Made by a program: the position numbers and the translations under genes
Notes under the pieces: model-generated
The model's input: only the letters and a program-made list of their open reading frames with translations
What the model was told of the DNA's origin: nothing
The model's database searches: none
Shown: positions 19,704 through 28,237 of the stretch, in pieces
Position numbering within the stretch: position 1 is the stretch's first letter
Layout: every line of letters starts with the position of its first letter
DNA from: Cryomorphaceae bacterium
GTDB lineage: Bacteria > Verrucomicrobiota > Verrucomicrobiia > Verrucomicrobiales > Akkermansiaceae
Assembly (NCBI GenBank): GCA_047624885.1
Contig: JBLHQF010000001.1
Coordinates: 1 to 53,106 of the forward strand
Length of the DNA: 53,106 bases
Reading direction: 5' to 3'

Positions 19704-20500
19704 AAGTTCTCACTGGTTGGTTGATCGCCTTTCATGTCTATTTCAGACTGCCTAGCGACAGCTTCGGCCGCACGGGTTGCCGCTTCTGGATCCCCTAGGT
19801 ATTTTCTTTTTAACGCCTTTAGATTCTCGTCCAGATCATACACTAAGGGTATTCCTGTGGGTATGCTAAGGTTTTTAATCTCCACCTCGGACATCCCATC
19901 GAAATACATCACTAGGGCGCGAAAGGTATTGCCATGCGCCACAATCAGGATATTTTCACCAGCTAAGATGAAAGGCGCTATATGTGACTTCCAATACCCA
20001 ACTGTTCGTTTCTGTACATCCGCTAGACTTTCTGAAAAAGGGATCTCATCACTGTTAAGACCGGAGTAACGTAAATCAAAAGCTGGATTCCTCGAATCAT
20101 ACTCAGTGATTGCGGTAGGTCGTGCCTTATACCCACGCCGCCATTCCCAGGCCTGCTCTTCTCCAAACTCCGCTACCACTTCAACTTTGTTAATTCCCTG
20201 CAGTACGCCGTAGTGACGTTCATTGATCCGCCAATCTTTTTCGATGGTAAGCCAAGCTTGGTCAATTTCATCCATCACTATCCAGGCAGTATGGATAGCG
20301 CGCTTAAGGACGGAAGTGAAAACACGGTCAAAGACAAAGCCACCTTCATGCAGGAGGACTCCGGCTTTCGTGGCTTCCTCCATGCCATGCTCACTCAGTT
20401 CAACATCCGTCCAGCCAGTGAATCTGTTTTCCAGGTTCCATTGGCTCTGCCCATGCCGCAATAGCGTGAGTTGGTGTTTTTTTGCTTTTGTCTTTGGCAT
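19700..20500 (-). CDS. gpmA: 2,3-bisphosphoglycerate-dependent phosphoglycerate mutase
   Basis: LRHGQSQWNLENRFTGWTD, NERHYG, AHGN, IPTGIP. Confidence 0.95.
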   Translation of the reverse strand: MPKTKAKKHQLTLLRHGQSQWNLENRFTGWTDVELSEHGMEEATKAGVLLHEGGFVFDRVFTSVLKRAIHTAWIVMDEIDQAWLTIEKDWRINERHYGVLQGINKVEVVAEFGEEQAWEWRRGYKARPTAITEYDSRNPAFDLRYSGLNSDEIPFSESLADVQKRTVGYWKSHIAPFILAGENILIVAHGNTFRALVMYFDGMSEVEIKNLSIPTGIPLVYDLDENLKALKRKYLGDPEAATRAAEAVARQSEIDMKGDQPTSENL

Positions 20501-20550
20501 TACTTTAACTTTTTTAATTCGGTTAGGTATTGTCCTTACATAAATATATT

Positions 20551-22983
20551 TTAAGACTTAGTCTCGCTAGGTTTGCGGCCGAGGCGTTGTTCGGTTTCGA
20601 GAATTTGCTTGGTGGTTTTAACCACCGTGTCTGGAGTGAGACTTATGGAATCTATCCCTATCTCCACGAGGAAGTCCGCCATGTCGGGATAATCAGACGG
20701 CGCCTGGCCACAGATACCCGAGTGGCGACTATTGCGCTTTGATCCTTCCACCGCCATACGGATCATCGTCTTCACACCTTCATCCCGCTCATCGAAATCG
20801 AATGCCACTATCTCGGAATCTCGGTCAACGCCTAGGGTCAGCTGGGTCAAGTCATTCGAGCCAATTGAAAAGCCATCGAAGAGTTCGGCAAAGCGGTCGA
20901 TGAGTATGACATTGTTCGGGATCTCGCACATGACATAGACTTCCAGTCCATTCTCTCCGCGTTTTAATCCATTACTCTCCATCAACGACAGAACCTTCTC
21001 ACCTTCTTCTACCCGACGGCAGAACGGGATCATGAGCTTGACGTTGGTTAACCCCATCTCTTCTCTTACCCGTCTCATCGCACGGCATTCCAAGGCAAAT
21101 CCCTCTACATACGAGGGGTGAGCATAGCGCGAAGCACCACGAAATCCTATCATGGGATTACCTTCTTCTGGCTCAAAGGCACGTCCACCGATCAGGCTTG
21201 CATACTCGTTACTCTTGAAGTCCGACATCCTTACAATGACAGGCTTCGGCCAAAAAGCGGCGGCGATAGTTGCGACACCTTCCGAGAGACGCTCGACAAA
21301 AAACTCTTCGCCAGTTTCGTAACCACGGATTAGCTGCTGGAGTTTGTCGCGCTCACCGTCATCCTCAACTTTGTCTGGATACAATAACGCCATTGGGTGC
21401 GCTTTTATATACTCGCTGATAATAAATTCCATCCGTGCTAGACCTACACCATCATTTGGCAGAAATCGCGTCTTAAAGGCGATATCCGGATTGCCTAGAT
21501 TCACCATGATTTTCGTCGCAGGCCGAGCCATTTCAGCGAGGTCGGTTTCAACGAGCTCGAACGGTATTATACCCTTATACATTTTCCCCACATCGCCCTC
21601 CGTACAGGACACCGTGATTTCCTCACCAGACTTTACGACCTGCGTAGCATCGCCACAACCGACAACAGCAGGCACCCCCAGCTCTCGAGAAATGATCGCC
21701 GCGTGACAAGTGCGTCCACCACGATTAGTGATAATGGCCGCAGCATGTTTCATCACTGGCTCCCAATCAGGAGTGGTAATGTCCGCGACGAGGATTTCAC
21801 CGTGCTGGAATGATGAGAGGTTGGCAACGTCTGAAATATAACGAGCCTTGCCACTCCCTATCTTCGTGCCCACCGCATGACCAGTAGTAAGAACCTCGCC
21901 TTTTCCCCGGAGAAAATACTCTTGAAGAATCTGACCTTTCATTTGTGAATTCACAGTTTCTGGTCGTGCCTGAATCATGTATAGCTCCCCGTCTGGACCG
22001 TCCTTAGCCCATTCCATATCCATCGGGCGATCTTCACCAGCTCTGGCAGTGTAATGCTTTTCCACCTTCATGGCATAGTCCGCGAGGGTCAGAACTTCAT
22101 CGTCACTGAGACAGAATCGTTCACGTTCTGCTACAGGTGTCGGCACATTTCTAACAGGTATGTTACTCCGCTCGCTTGCGTAAATCATCTTAATTTTCTT
22201 TGGCCCGAGCTTGCGGCGTAATACGGTTCGATGACCTTTTTCGAATGTAGGCTTATGCACGTAGAATTCGTCCGGGTCGACAGCCCCCTGAACCACGTTT
22301 TCGCCAAGTCCATAAGCACCGGTGATGAAAACGACATCACGGAATCCAGTTTCTGTATCGAGCGAAAACATAACACCGCTGGCAGCAAGATCCGAACGCA
22401 CCATCTTCATCACACAAACGGATAGATAGACTTTAAAATGATCGAACCCCCTGTCGATGCGGTAGTGAATAGCACGGTCTGTGAAAATGCTTGCGAAACA
22501 ACGCCGACAAGTCTCAAGGAGGCGTTCTTCACCTTTGATATTGAGAAACGAGTCGTGCTGGCCTGCGAAGCTGGCAGTCGGTAAGTCCTCGGCGGTTGCC
22601 GAAGAACGCACTGCGGTGCTGAGATCCTCACCGTATTCGTTCTGCAACTCGCGATACGCAACGAGAATTTCCGCGCGGAGATCATCGGGTAATCCAGCAC
22701 CATAGACAATTTCCCGGGCGCGTGCTCCACGCTTTGCTAGATCCTTAACATCATCTGGATCCAAATCGTCTAGCACCTCATGAAGCGGCTCCCACGCACC
22801 AGCCTCATCAAGCATATAGCGATAAGCTTCAGCAGTAATGGCGAACCCGTTTGGCACTTTGATCCCCTCTTTAGCAAGTTCGCGATACATTTCCCCCAGC
22901 GAGGCATTTTTCCCACCAACTAGTGGGATATCGTCGATCGTTAGCTCTTCAAAAAAGCTTAGGTATTTAAATTTATTATTCAT
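20551..22983 (-). CDS. ppsA: Phosphoenolpyruvate synthase
   Basis: VGGKNASLGEM, AVRSSATAED, GGRTCHAAI, FSIGSNDLTQL; start moved to ATG 22983. Confidence 0.95.
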   Translation of the reverse strand: MNNKFKYLSFFEELTIDDIPLVGGKNASLGEMYRELAKEGIKVPNGFAITAEAYRYMLDEAGAWEPLHEVLDDLDPDDVKDLAKRGARAREIVYGAGLPDDLRAEILVAYRELQNEYGEDLSTAVRSSATAEDLPTASFAGQHDSFLNIKGEERLLETCRRCFASIFTDRAIHYRIDRGFDHFKVYLSVCVMKMVRSDLAASGVMFSLDTETGFRDVVFITGAYGLGENVVQGAVDPDEFYVHKPTFEKGHRTVLRRKLGPKKIKMIYASERSNIPVRNVPTPVAERERFCLSDDEVLTLADYAMKVEKHYTARAGEDRPMDMEWAKDGPDGELYMIQARPETVNSQMKGQILQEYFLRGKGEVLTTGHAVGTKIGSGKARYISDVANLSSFQHGEILVADITTPDWEPVMKHAAAIITNRGGRTCHAAIISRELGVPAVVGCGDATQVVKSGEEITVSCTEGDVGKMYKGIIPFELVETDLAEMARPATKIMVNLGNPDIAFKTRFLPNDGVGLARMEFIISEYIKAHPMALLYPDKVEDDGERDKLQQLIRGYETGEEFFVERLSEGVATIAAAFWPKPVIVRMSDFKSNEYASLIGGRAFEPEEGNPMIGFRGASRYAHPSYVEGFALECRAMRRVREEMGLTNVKLMIPFCRRVEEGEKVLSLMESNGLKRGENGLEVYVMCEIPNNVILIDRFAELFDGFSIGSNDLTQLTLGVDRDSEIVAFDFDERDEGVKTMIRMAVEGSKRNSRHSGICGQAPSDYPDMADFLVEIGIDSISLTPDTVVKTTKQILETEQRLGRKPSETKS

Positions 22984-23012
22984 AATTTTTCTCTTTGTTA
23001 GATCTAACAACG

Positions 23013-23828
23013 CTAGTGAACTTCCAGGGAGCGATTCTTTTTAACGCGCTCAGAAGGGCTTTCATACCATTCAAAAAAACTTTTAACCGCATCTAAAAGA
23101 CCGTGGAATTCGTGTTTTTCCCTACCCAACTCAAGCATAGCTTTCCGATATTGATGGTCATACGGTTCTGCATTGCCTTCGTCGCCATCGTTGGTCGATG
23201 GTTTACGCACTGGCGGAAAGACGTGAAATTGATCCACTTTTTCTCCGCTGTGTTTCTTCAAAAAATCCAACTTGAGCCTCAGCGATTGTGCGCAATTATA
23301 GATAAAAAGAAGTTCTTTCTCCAACGTCTTTGCCAAAAAATTCCACTTCGTTCTAGCTTTGGAAGACATCTCACACACCATCGATCTGATCTTGGCCAAA
23401 TATTCTCCCATTGCGTTGTCTTCGTTCTGGAATCTTTCCCAAGCCGAGGCCGAAGTCGTACGCTTACTACTCACGGGGATTTGGACGGAAGACTCCAACT
23501 CAGTAATCGTCTCTGTGATTTGGTACAGAATATCTTCAAGCCCATTCCATTTTCGGTTCCACTTCATCTCCGACACGTCGGGCAGTTTCTCCGCTTCACC
23601 GATTTTACGTGCGGAATGCAGTGTGTCATTTAGTGCTATGAGTTCCTTCTTCAGGAAGGCTGTATCGGTCCAAAATCCTATTTTCGTTCCCGTCACTGTT
23701 CTGGCCACAGCCGCGATGAGGTTGTTAGGAAGCTTAGTAATGGCTGGCACTGTCGAATCAACTCTAATCCCGGCATTAACCACTGCAGCTTCATTCATCG
23801 TTTTATCGGTTGGTAATTTAATTAGCAT
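23013..23828 (-). CDS. Hypothetical helical protein whose first ~15 aa derive from a DUF302 gene start
   Basis: ATG 23828 lies downstream of box 8; MLIKLPTDKTMNEA matches the 25192 pseudogene start; the rest is unrecognised. Confidence 0.55.
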   Translation of the reverse strand: MLIKLPTDKTMNEAAVVNAGIRVDSTVPAITKLPNNLIAAVARTVTGTKIGFWTDTAFLKKELIALNDTLHSARKIGEAEKLPDVSEMKWNRKWNGLEDILYQITETITELESSVQIPVSSKRTTSASAWERFQNEDNAMGEYLAKIRSMVCEMSSKARTKWNFLAKTLEKELLFIYNCAQSLRLKLDFLKKHSGEKVDQFHVFPPVRKPSTNDGDEGNAEPYDHQYRKAMLELGREKHEFHGLLDAVKSFFEWYESPSERVKKNRSLEVH

Positions 23829-23898
23829 AGTTTTTATCTGATGGATGAGTGATAGTCTTAAGAATTCAAAGCTTGCAGCGGAAAAAGCACTCTTGCTA

Positions 23899-23914
23899 TG
23901 GGGTGAAACCCTAC
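23899..23914. promoter_or_regulatory. Regulon box 8: TGGGGT-GAAA-CCCTAC, heading the hypothetical-ppsA-gpmA-ldhA run
   Basis: TAGCAA flank and CAAGCT (23870-23875) 23 nt away on - strand. Confidence 0.85.
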
Positions 23915-23919
23915 CGACT

Positions 23920-24768
23920 CCTTCGATATTGAAACGATAAGGAATAAAGCGGAAGAGCCAGTGAATGGGACGTGGAATACGAAGATGGTAACGAGGAACA
24001 TGGAGTGGTGGGTTGTGCCATTCCAGACAGGGAGGGCAGCGTTTCGTCAGCTCGGTCGGGTGCACGTCGTGCAACATTTTGCCTTCGTTGAGTAAAATAA
24101 GGGTGTTGCAGAGTTCCGCCTCATCGAGCTAGGCGATGCTCAAGACCACTCCGATACCATCGTCGACAAGATCGCCAACTATCTTCCAGAGTTCGCGACG
24201 GAAGATAGTATCTAGGCCTACGCTAGGCTCGTCTAACAGAAGTAGCTGTGGTTTGCGGATGAGCGCACAGGTTAGACTGAGCTTCTATTCAATCCAGTGA
24301 TGTGATCGTTCCCTCGCTTGGTTCCAGTAATCCTGCTAACAAACGTAATAGCGTGGTCTTCCCTGCCCCATCCGCCCCTACTAAACCACAGATTTCACCC
24401 GTGCGTATCTCGGCAGTGATCTTGTCGAGCGCAGGCGATTCGGATTTTTGGAACCGCTTGGTGACACCCGCTATGCTTGCGAGAAAATCACTCCTAGGGA
24501 ATACGAATGGTGACCAGTTGTCTTTTAAAGGATCTTTGTCTAATGAGGCTAACTGTTGTCCCTTCGTCACCGCATCTCTTTCTTCGAAGACCATCGTGGC
24601 GATCCCTCCGCTGGTCCGGAAGCCAACAGAGACCTGACGGATATCGACATTACCATAAAATGTCAATGGACTTTCAAACGCATCCGACTCACTGAGCTTA
24701 GTCTTTACGACGATGGCGATAGCTGCTGCGACCCCGAGGATTACTACAATCTTAACGAGCTTTTTCAT
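23920..24768 (-). pseudogene. Telescoped relic of a YbhG(HlyD)-YbhF(ABC ATPase)-YbhS/R(permease)-like operon
   Basis: YGNVDIRQVSVGFR fused to GLVGADGAGKTT; after a deletion CALIRKPQLLLLDEPSVG...A*LDEAE with stops; then permease-like VTIFVFHVPFTGS. Confidence 0.82.
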
Positions 24769-24805
24769 GATAGTTTATTTCCTGTGTCAAAATCATTTCA
24801 GCGAC

Positions 24806-25192
24806 TCAGTCTGATGCTGCTTACGTCATGATTTTAACAATCGTGTCCACCACTTCCTGCGCTACTGCATCTAGTTGTGGGGAGTTGAAAAGTGCTAGCA
24901 GAGTGGTGGTTTTCAAGGTCGCTAAGATGGTTTTTGCGCACTCCTCATAAATGGATATCCGGCAAGGTTACACCGTGGACACACCCATATTTTGTTCGAG
25001 AATTCTCTTTGCTTGTTGCGGCTGGAAGATCTCGAAGGTTAGACATTCGAGATCAAAATCCACGCCCTTCTTTATCATCGTTCTTTTGATATTGAGAACA
25101 TGCATAACGCTAAAGTGATTGGTCTCAACAGCTAAATATAAGGACGTCACAACTTCAATCATCGTTTCATCCGTGGGTAATTTGATTTGCAT
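24806..25192 (-). pseudogene. DUF302 family protein with two in-frame stops
   Basis: ...NMGVSTV*PCRISIYEE...QEVVDTIVKIMT*AASD*; TAA at 24968-24970 and 24821-24823. Confidence 0.85.
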
Positions 25193-25353
25193 AGATTTCC
25201 TCTCAAGGTTTCATCATAAAAAGAATGCTATCAGACTAATCAACCGATGTGTCGTTAGTCCTTTAGAGAGCTGAATGGCTAACTGTGAATGGCGGTTTGC
25301 TCGGCGACCAACTCCTACCGCAGCTCATTCGAGCTACCAATCATGACTCCGTT

Positions 25354-25698
25354 TTAGGGTTTAATCTTGGTTAAAATCATCTTGTGTCGTTTGTGCGCCT
25401 TTACAGCGTGGAGTTCATGCGCGGGGATGAGAATCATTTCACCGCTTTTAACGATGTGTGGCTTTCCCGCGACCGTGATTTCCGCTTCGCCTTCGATGAT
25501 CTGCAGGAGTACATCAAATGGCGCCTTATGCTCACTCAAGCTTTGCCCTTCTGCAAAAGCGAATAATATGACTGAGCCATTCGGTTGCTTCTGAATTTCG
25601 TGGCGAGTAATTGAGCCTTCTTTATAGTCTATTAGTGTGGCTATATTCACGCCCCCATTGCCTAGTATCTTAGATTTTTTAGGAATTGGTTCTTTCAT
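25354..25698 (-). CDS. Cupin domain protein
   Basis: LFAFAEGQSLSEHKAPFD...EGEAEI...PAHELHAVKA. Confidence 0.88.
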   Translation of the reverse strand: MKEPIPKKSKILGNGGVNIATLIDYKEGSITRHEIQKQPNGSVILFAFAEGQSLSEHKAPFDVLLQIIEGEAEITVAGKPHIVKSGEMILIPAHELHAVKAHKRHKMILTKIKP

Positions 25699-25736
25699 AG
25701 ATTTGAGAGACTATAGGATGCATTTGTCGTGGACAA

Positions 25737-25752
25737 TGGGGTGTTCAACCCA
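25737..25752. promoter_or_regulatory. Regulon box 9: TGGGGT-GTTC-AACCCA
   Basis: On - strand: TTGTCC-17-TAGTCT (25708-25713), upstream of the cupin gene. Confidence 0.82.
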
Positions 25753-25755
25753 TAT

Positions 25756-27102
25756 CTAAGGGGGCGGTTGTGACAAATCTTGATCAGTCCCTACCCAACG
25801 CTCCATCACGACGCAGGCGGTGAGGTCGCCAGTGACATTTACTGATGTGCGCAGCATGTCGAGGATCCGGTCAACACCGAGAATCAGCGCGATCCCGCTC
25901 GCTGGAATACCAGCTTCTTGGAGAATCGTTGCCAGAATCACGATACCAACACCCGGTGTGCTGGGCGCTCCTATCGATGCTCCTACTGTGCTCATAGCGA
26001 TCAGGATAAGCGTGCCTGTCGACATATCTATTCCGTAAACCTGAGCTAGGAATACGGTCGCGATGACCTGGTATATTGCGGTTCCATCCATGTTCACTGT
26101 CGCCCCTAGTGGGATGGTGAATCCCGCGACTGTAGGGCTTACCTTGAGCTTGTCCTGCGCTATCTGTATGGACAATGGCATGACTGCTGCCGAGCTGGAG
26201 GTGGAGAATGCCAGTAGCTGGACGGGTCGAATATCTGACAGGAATTTCCATGGAGAACGCCTAGCCACCAGCCACACGATCAGAAGGTAGAACACTAACA
26301 ATATGAATAAACCGGCAACGACGGTTAGCACATAAGCAGTCATGCTCAGAATGGCATCGATACCAATTTCTACCGTGATACTGGCGAGAAGGCTGAAGAC
26401 CGCAATTGGGGCAATCGCCATCGCCCAAGCAACGATCTTCATGCAGGCTTCTTGCAGTGATCGAGAAAATTTCAGGATGGGTGAGGCACGGGCTTCTCCA
26501 ATCGCCAGCAGCGCAATGCCCATGAAGATCGCAAACACGACGATCTGCATCATACTTCGTTGTAAGACAGCTTCAGTGAGGTTGGAAGGAACAACGCTAA
26601 CGATACGCTCAGTGATCGTTGGCTTCTTAATCAAATCCGCCGAGAGAGAAACGTCGCCGACATTACCAGGATCATCCTTAACTAAGCGTTGCACTGATTC
26701 CACATCAACAAATTGACCAGGCTCTACTGTTTTCGCTACCATGATGCCGAGCGTCACCGAAATAATCGTTGTGCCTAGGAAGTATGGGAAGATCCTAAAT
26801 CCCATGCGCTTCAGCGAAGTAGTGTCTCCACTAGCGGCTATCCCAAGGATGATGGAGGCGACAACGAGCGGAACGACCACCATCTGAATCACGGCTAAGA
26901 AAAGTTTCCCTGGCAGAGCCATCCAAGAGGCTACGCCATCGATTTCCTCAAGGGAAATGATCCCTCCTCCCTGAGGCGAAAGCGCGAGCCCCAGAGCGAT
27001 GCCTAAGACCATCCCGAGCAGGATCTGCACCCATAATTTACCGCGAATAAGATAGCTCAGGCTACTAAGATGACGTCGGAGTTGGCTGGTAGATTGGTTC
27101 AT
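25756..27102 (-). CDS. Dicarboxylate/amino acid:cation symporter (DAACS/GltP family)
   Basis: AFSTSSSAAVMP, PLGATVNMDGT, GVDRILDMLRTSVNVTGD. Confidence 0.93.
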   Translation of the reverse strand: MNQSTSQLRRHLSSLSYLIRGKLWVQILLGMVLGIALGLALSPQGGGIISLEEIDGVASWMALPGKLFLAVIQMVVVPLVVASIILGIAASGDTTSLKRMGFRIFPYFLGTTIISVTLGIMVAKTVEPGQFVDVESVQRLVKDDPGNVGDVSLSADLIKKPTITERIVSVVPSNLTEAVLQRSMMQIVVFAIFMGIALLAIGEARASPILKFSRSLQEACMKIVAWAMAIAPIAVFSLLASITVEIGIDAILSMTAYVLTVVAGLFILLVFYLLIVWLVARRSPWKFLSDIRPVQLLAFSTSSSAAVMPLSIQIAQDKLKVSPTVAGFTIPLGATVNMDGTAIYQVIATVFLAQVYGIDMSTGTLILIAMSTVGASIGAPSTPGVGIVILATILQEAGIPASGIALILGVDRILDMLRTSVNVTGDLTACVVMERWVGTDQDLSQPPP

Positions 27103-27109
27103 AGGTTTA

Positions 27110-28231
27110 TTAGCTTGAGGTTAACGATTTACGGAATAGACGAAGGCTGTAGAGAAAGCAGGCCACGCCAAGTCCGGTGACGATGGCGAACTGCGGCCAC
27201 ACGGCATCGAACCCGGCACCACGGAATAGGATGCCTTGGGAAGCGGAGATGAAATGGCGCGAAGGTAATAGCCAGGTGATGTTCTGGAGCCAGTCCGGCT
27301 GGCTTTCGACGGGTGTGGTGCCGCCAGATAACAGAGTGACCACGAGGATGAAGACCGTGAAGAGAAGGGCGAACTGAGCCATCGACCGCGCAATGGTTCC
27401 TAACAGAATGCCCATAGCAGTCGCGAAGAAAAGATACAGGACCACGCCAGCCATGAACAACGGGATCGACCCGGCGACTGGCACTTCAAGAACTGTTAGG
27501 ATGATGAAATACATGCAGAGAGCTACGGCGACCAGCAGCACCGCGCTATTCGCCCACACCTTTGACATTGCTATATCGAACGCCGTCAATGGCATGACTA
27601 GTAAGTGTTCGATGGTGCCGTGCTCGCGTTCGCGGATCAGTGCGGCGCCGGTCAGGATAATTGTTAGCATGGTGATACGGTCGATCATTGCCACGATGCC
27701 ATTGAACCAAGAAGTCGTGCGATTGGGATTGAACGCTGTGCGAGCGATGATCTTCACGGGTAGAGCGGATGATGTGTTCGGCCTCTGGACGTAGCGTCCG
27801 ACTTCCTTTGTGAGAATGCTCTGGATGTAGTGAGCGCCGATATTTGCCTGCAGGACGGCGGTCGCGTCTATGTCCACTTGGATCTCGGGTTGCTTCCCTT
27901 CCCTAACATCGGACTCAAACCGTGGCGGGATATTGATGACAAACATGTAGTGTCCTCTATCCATGGAGTTGTCGAGCTCCGAGGCATTGATGATATCAGG
28001 CTTGAGGAAGTTGGGTGGATAGAAGGCACTCGCCAGCTCTCGGGAAAGGTTTGATTGATCCTCATCGACGAAAGCAATCGAGGCGTTGTGGACCTCAAGT
28101 GAGGTGCCCTTGGCCATCAAAAATACGCTGACGGTGAACGCCCAGATAAGTAGCGCGATGATGAGCTTGTCCCGCGACAGGCTGCGGAGTTCTTTGATTC
28201 CGAGCCAGAAGATGTGCTTGAGTCGTTTCAT
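27110..28231 (-). CDS. ABC-2 permease, YhhJ-like
   Basis: LGIKELRSL, REREHGTIEHLLVMP, LSGGTTPVESQP. Confidence 0.9.
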   Translation of the reverse strand: MKRLKHIFWLGIKELRSLSRDKLIIALLIWAFTVSVFLMAKGTSLEVHNASIAFVDEDQSNLSRELASAFYPPNFLKPDIINASELDNSMDRGHYMFVINIPPRFESDVREGKQPEIQVDIDATAVLQANIGAHYIQSILTKEVGRYVQRPNTSSALPVKIIARTAFNPNRTTSWFNGIVAMIDRITMLTIILTGAALIREREHGTIEHLLVMPLTAFDIAMSKVWANSAVLLVAVALCMYFIILTVLEVPVAGSIPLFMAGVVLYLFFATAMGILLGTIARSMAQFALLFTVFILVVTLLSGGTTPVESQPDWLQNITWLLPSRHFISASQGILFRGAGFDAVWPQFAIVTGLGVACFLYSLRLFRKSLTSS

Positions 28232-28237
28232 TTTCGG

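Noticed and set aside
23829-24077. N-terminal 83 aa of the 354-aa ORF 23013..24077
   Set aside because: Runs through ABC pseudogene fragments and box 8; the real start is more likely ATG 23828
24821-24970. Programmed stop readthrough in the DUF302 gene
   Set aside because: Both stops are TAA, each one substitution from plausible Leu/Glu codons, and neighbouring genes are also decayed
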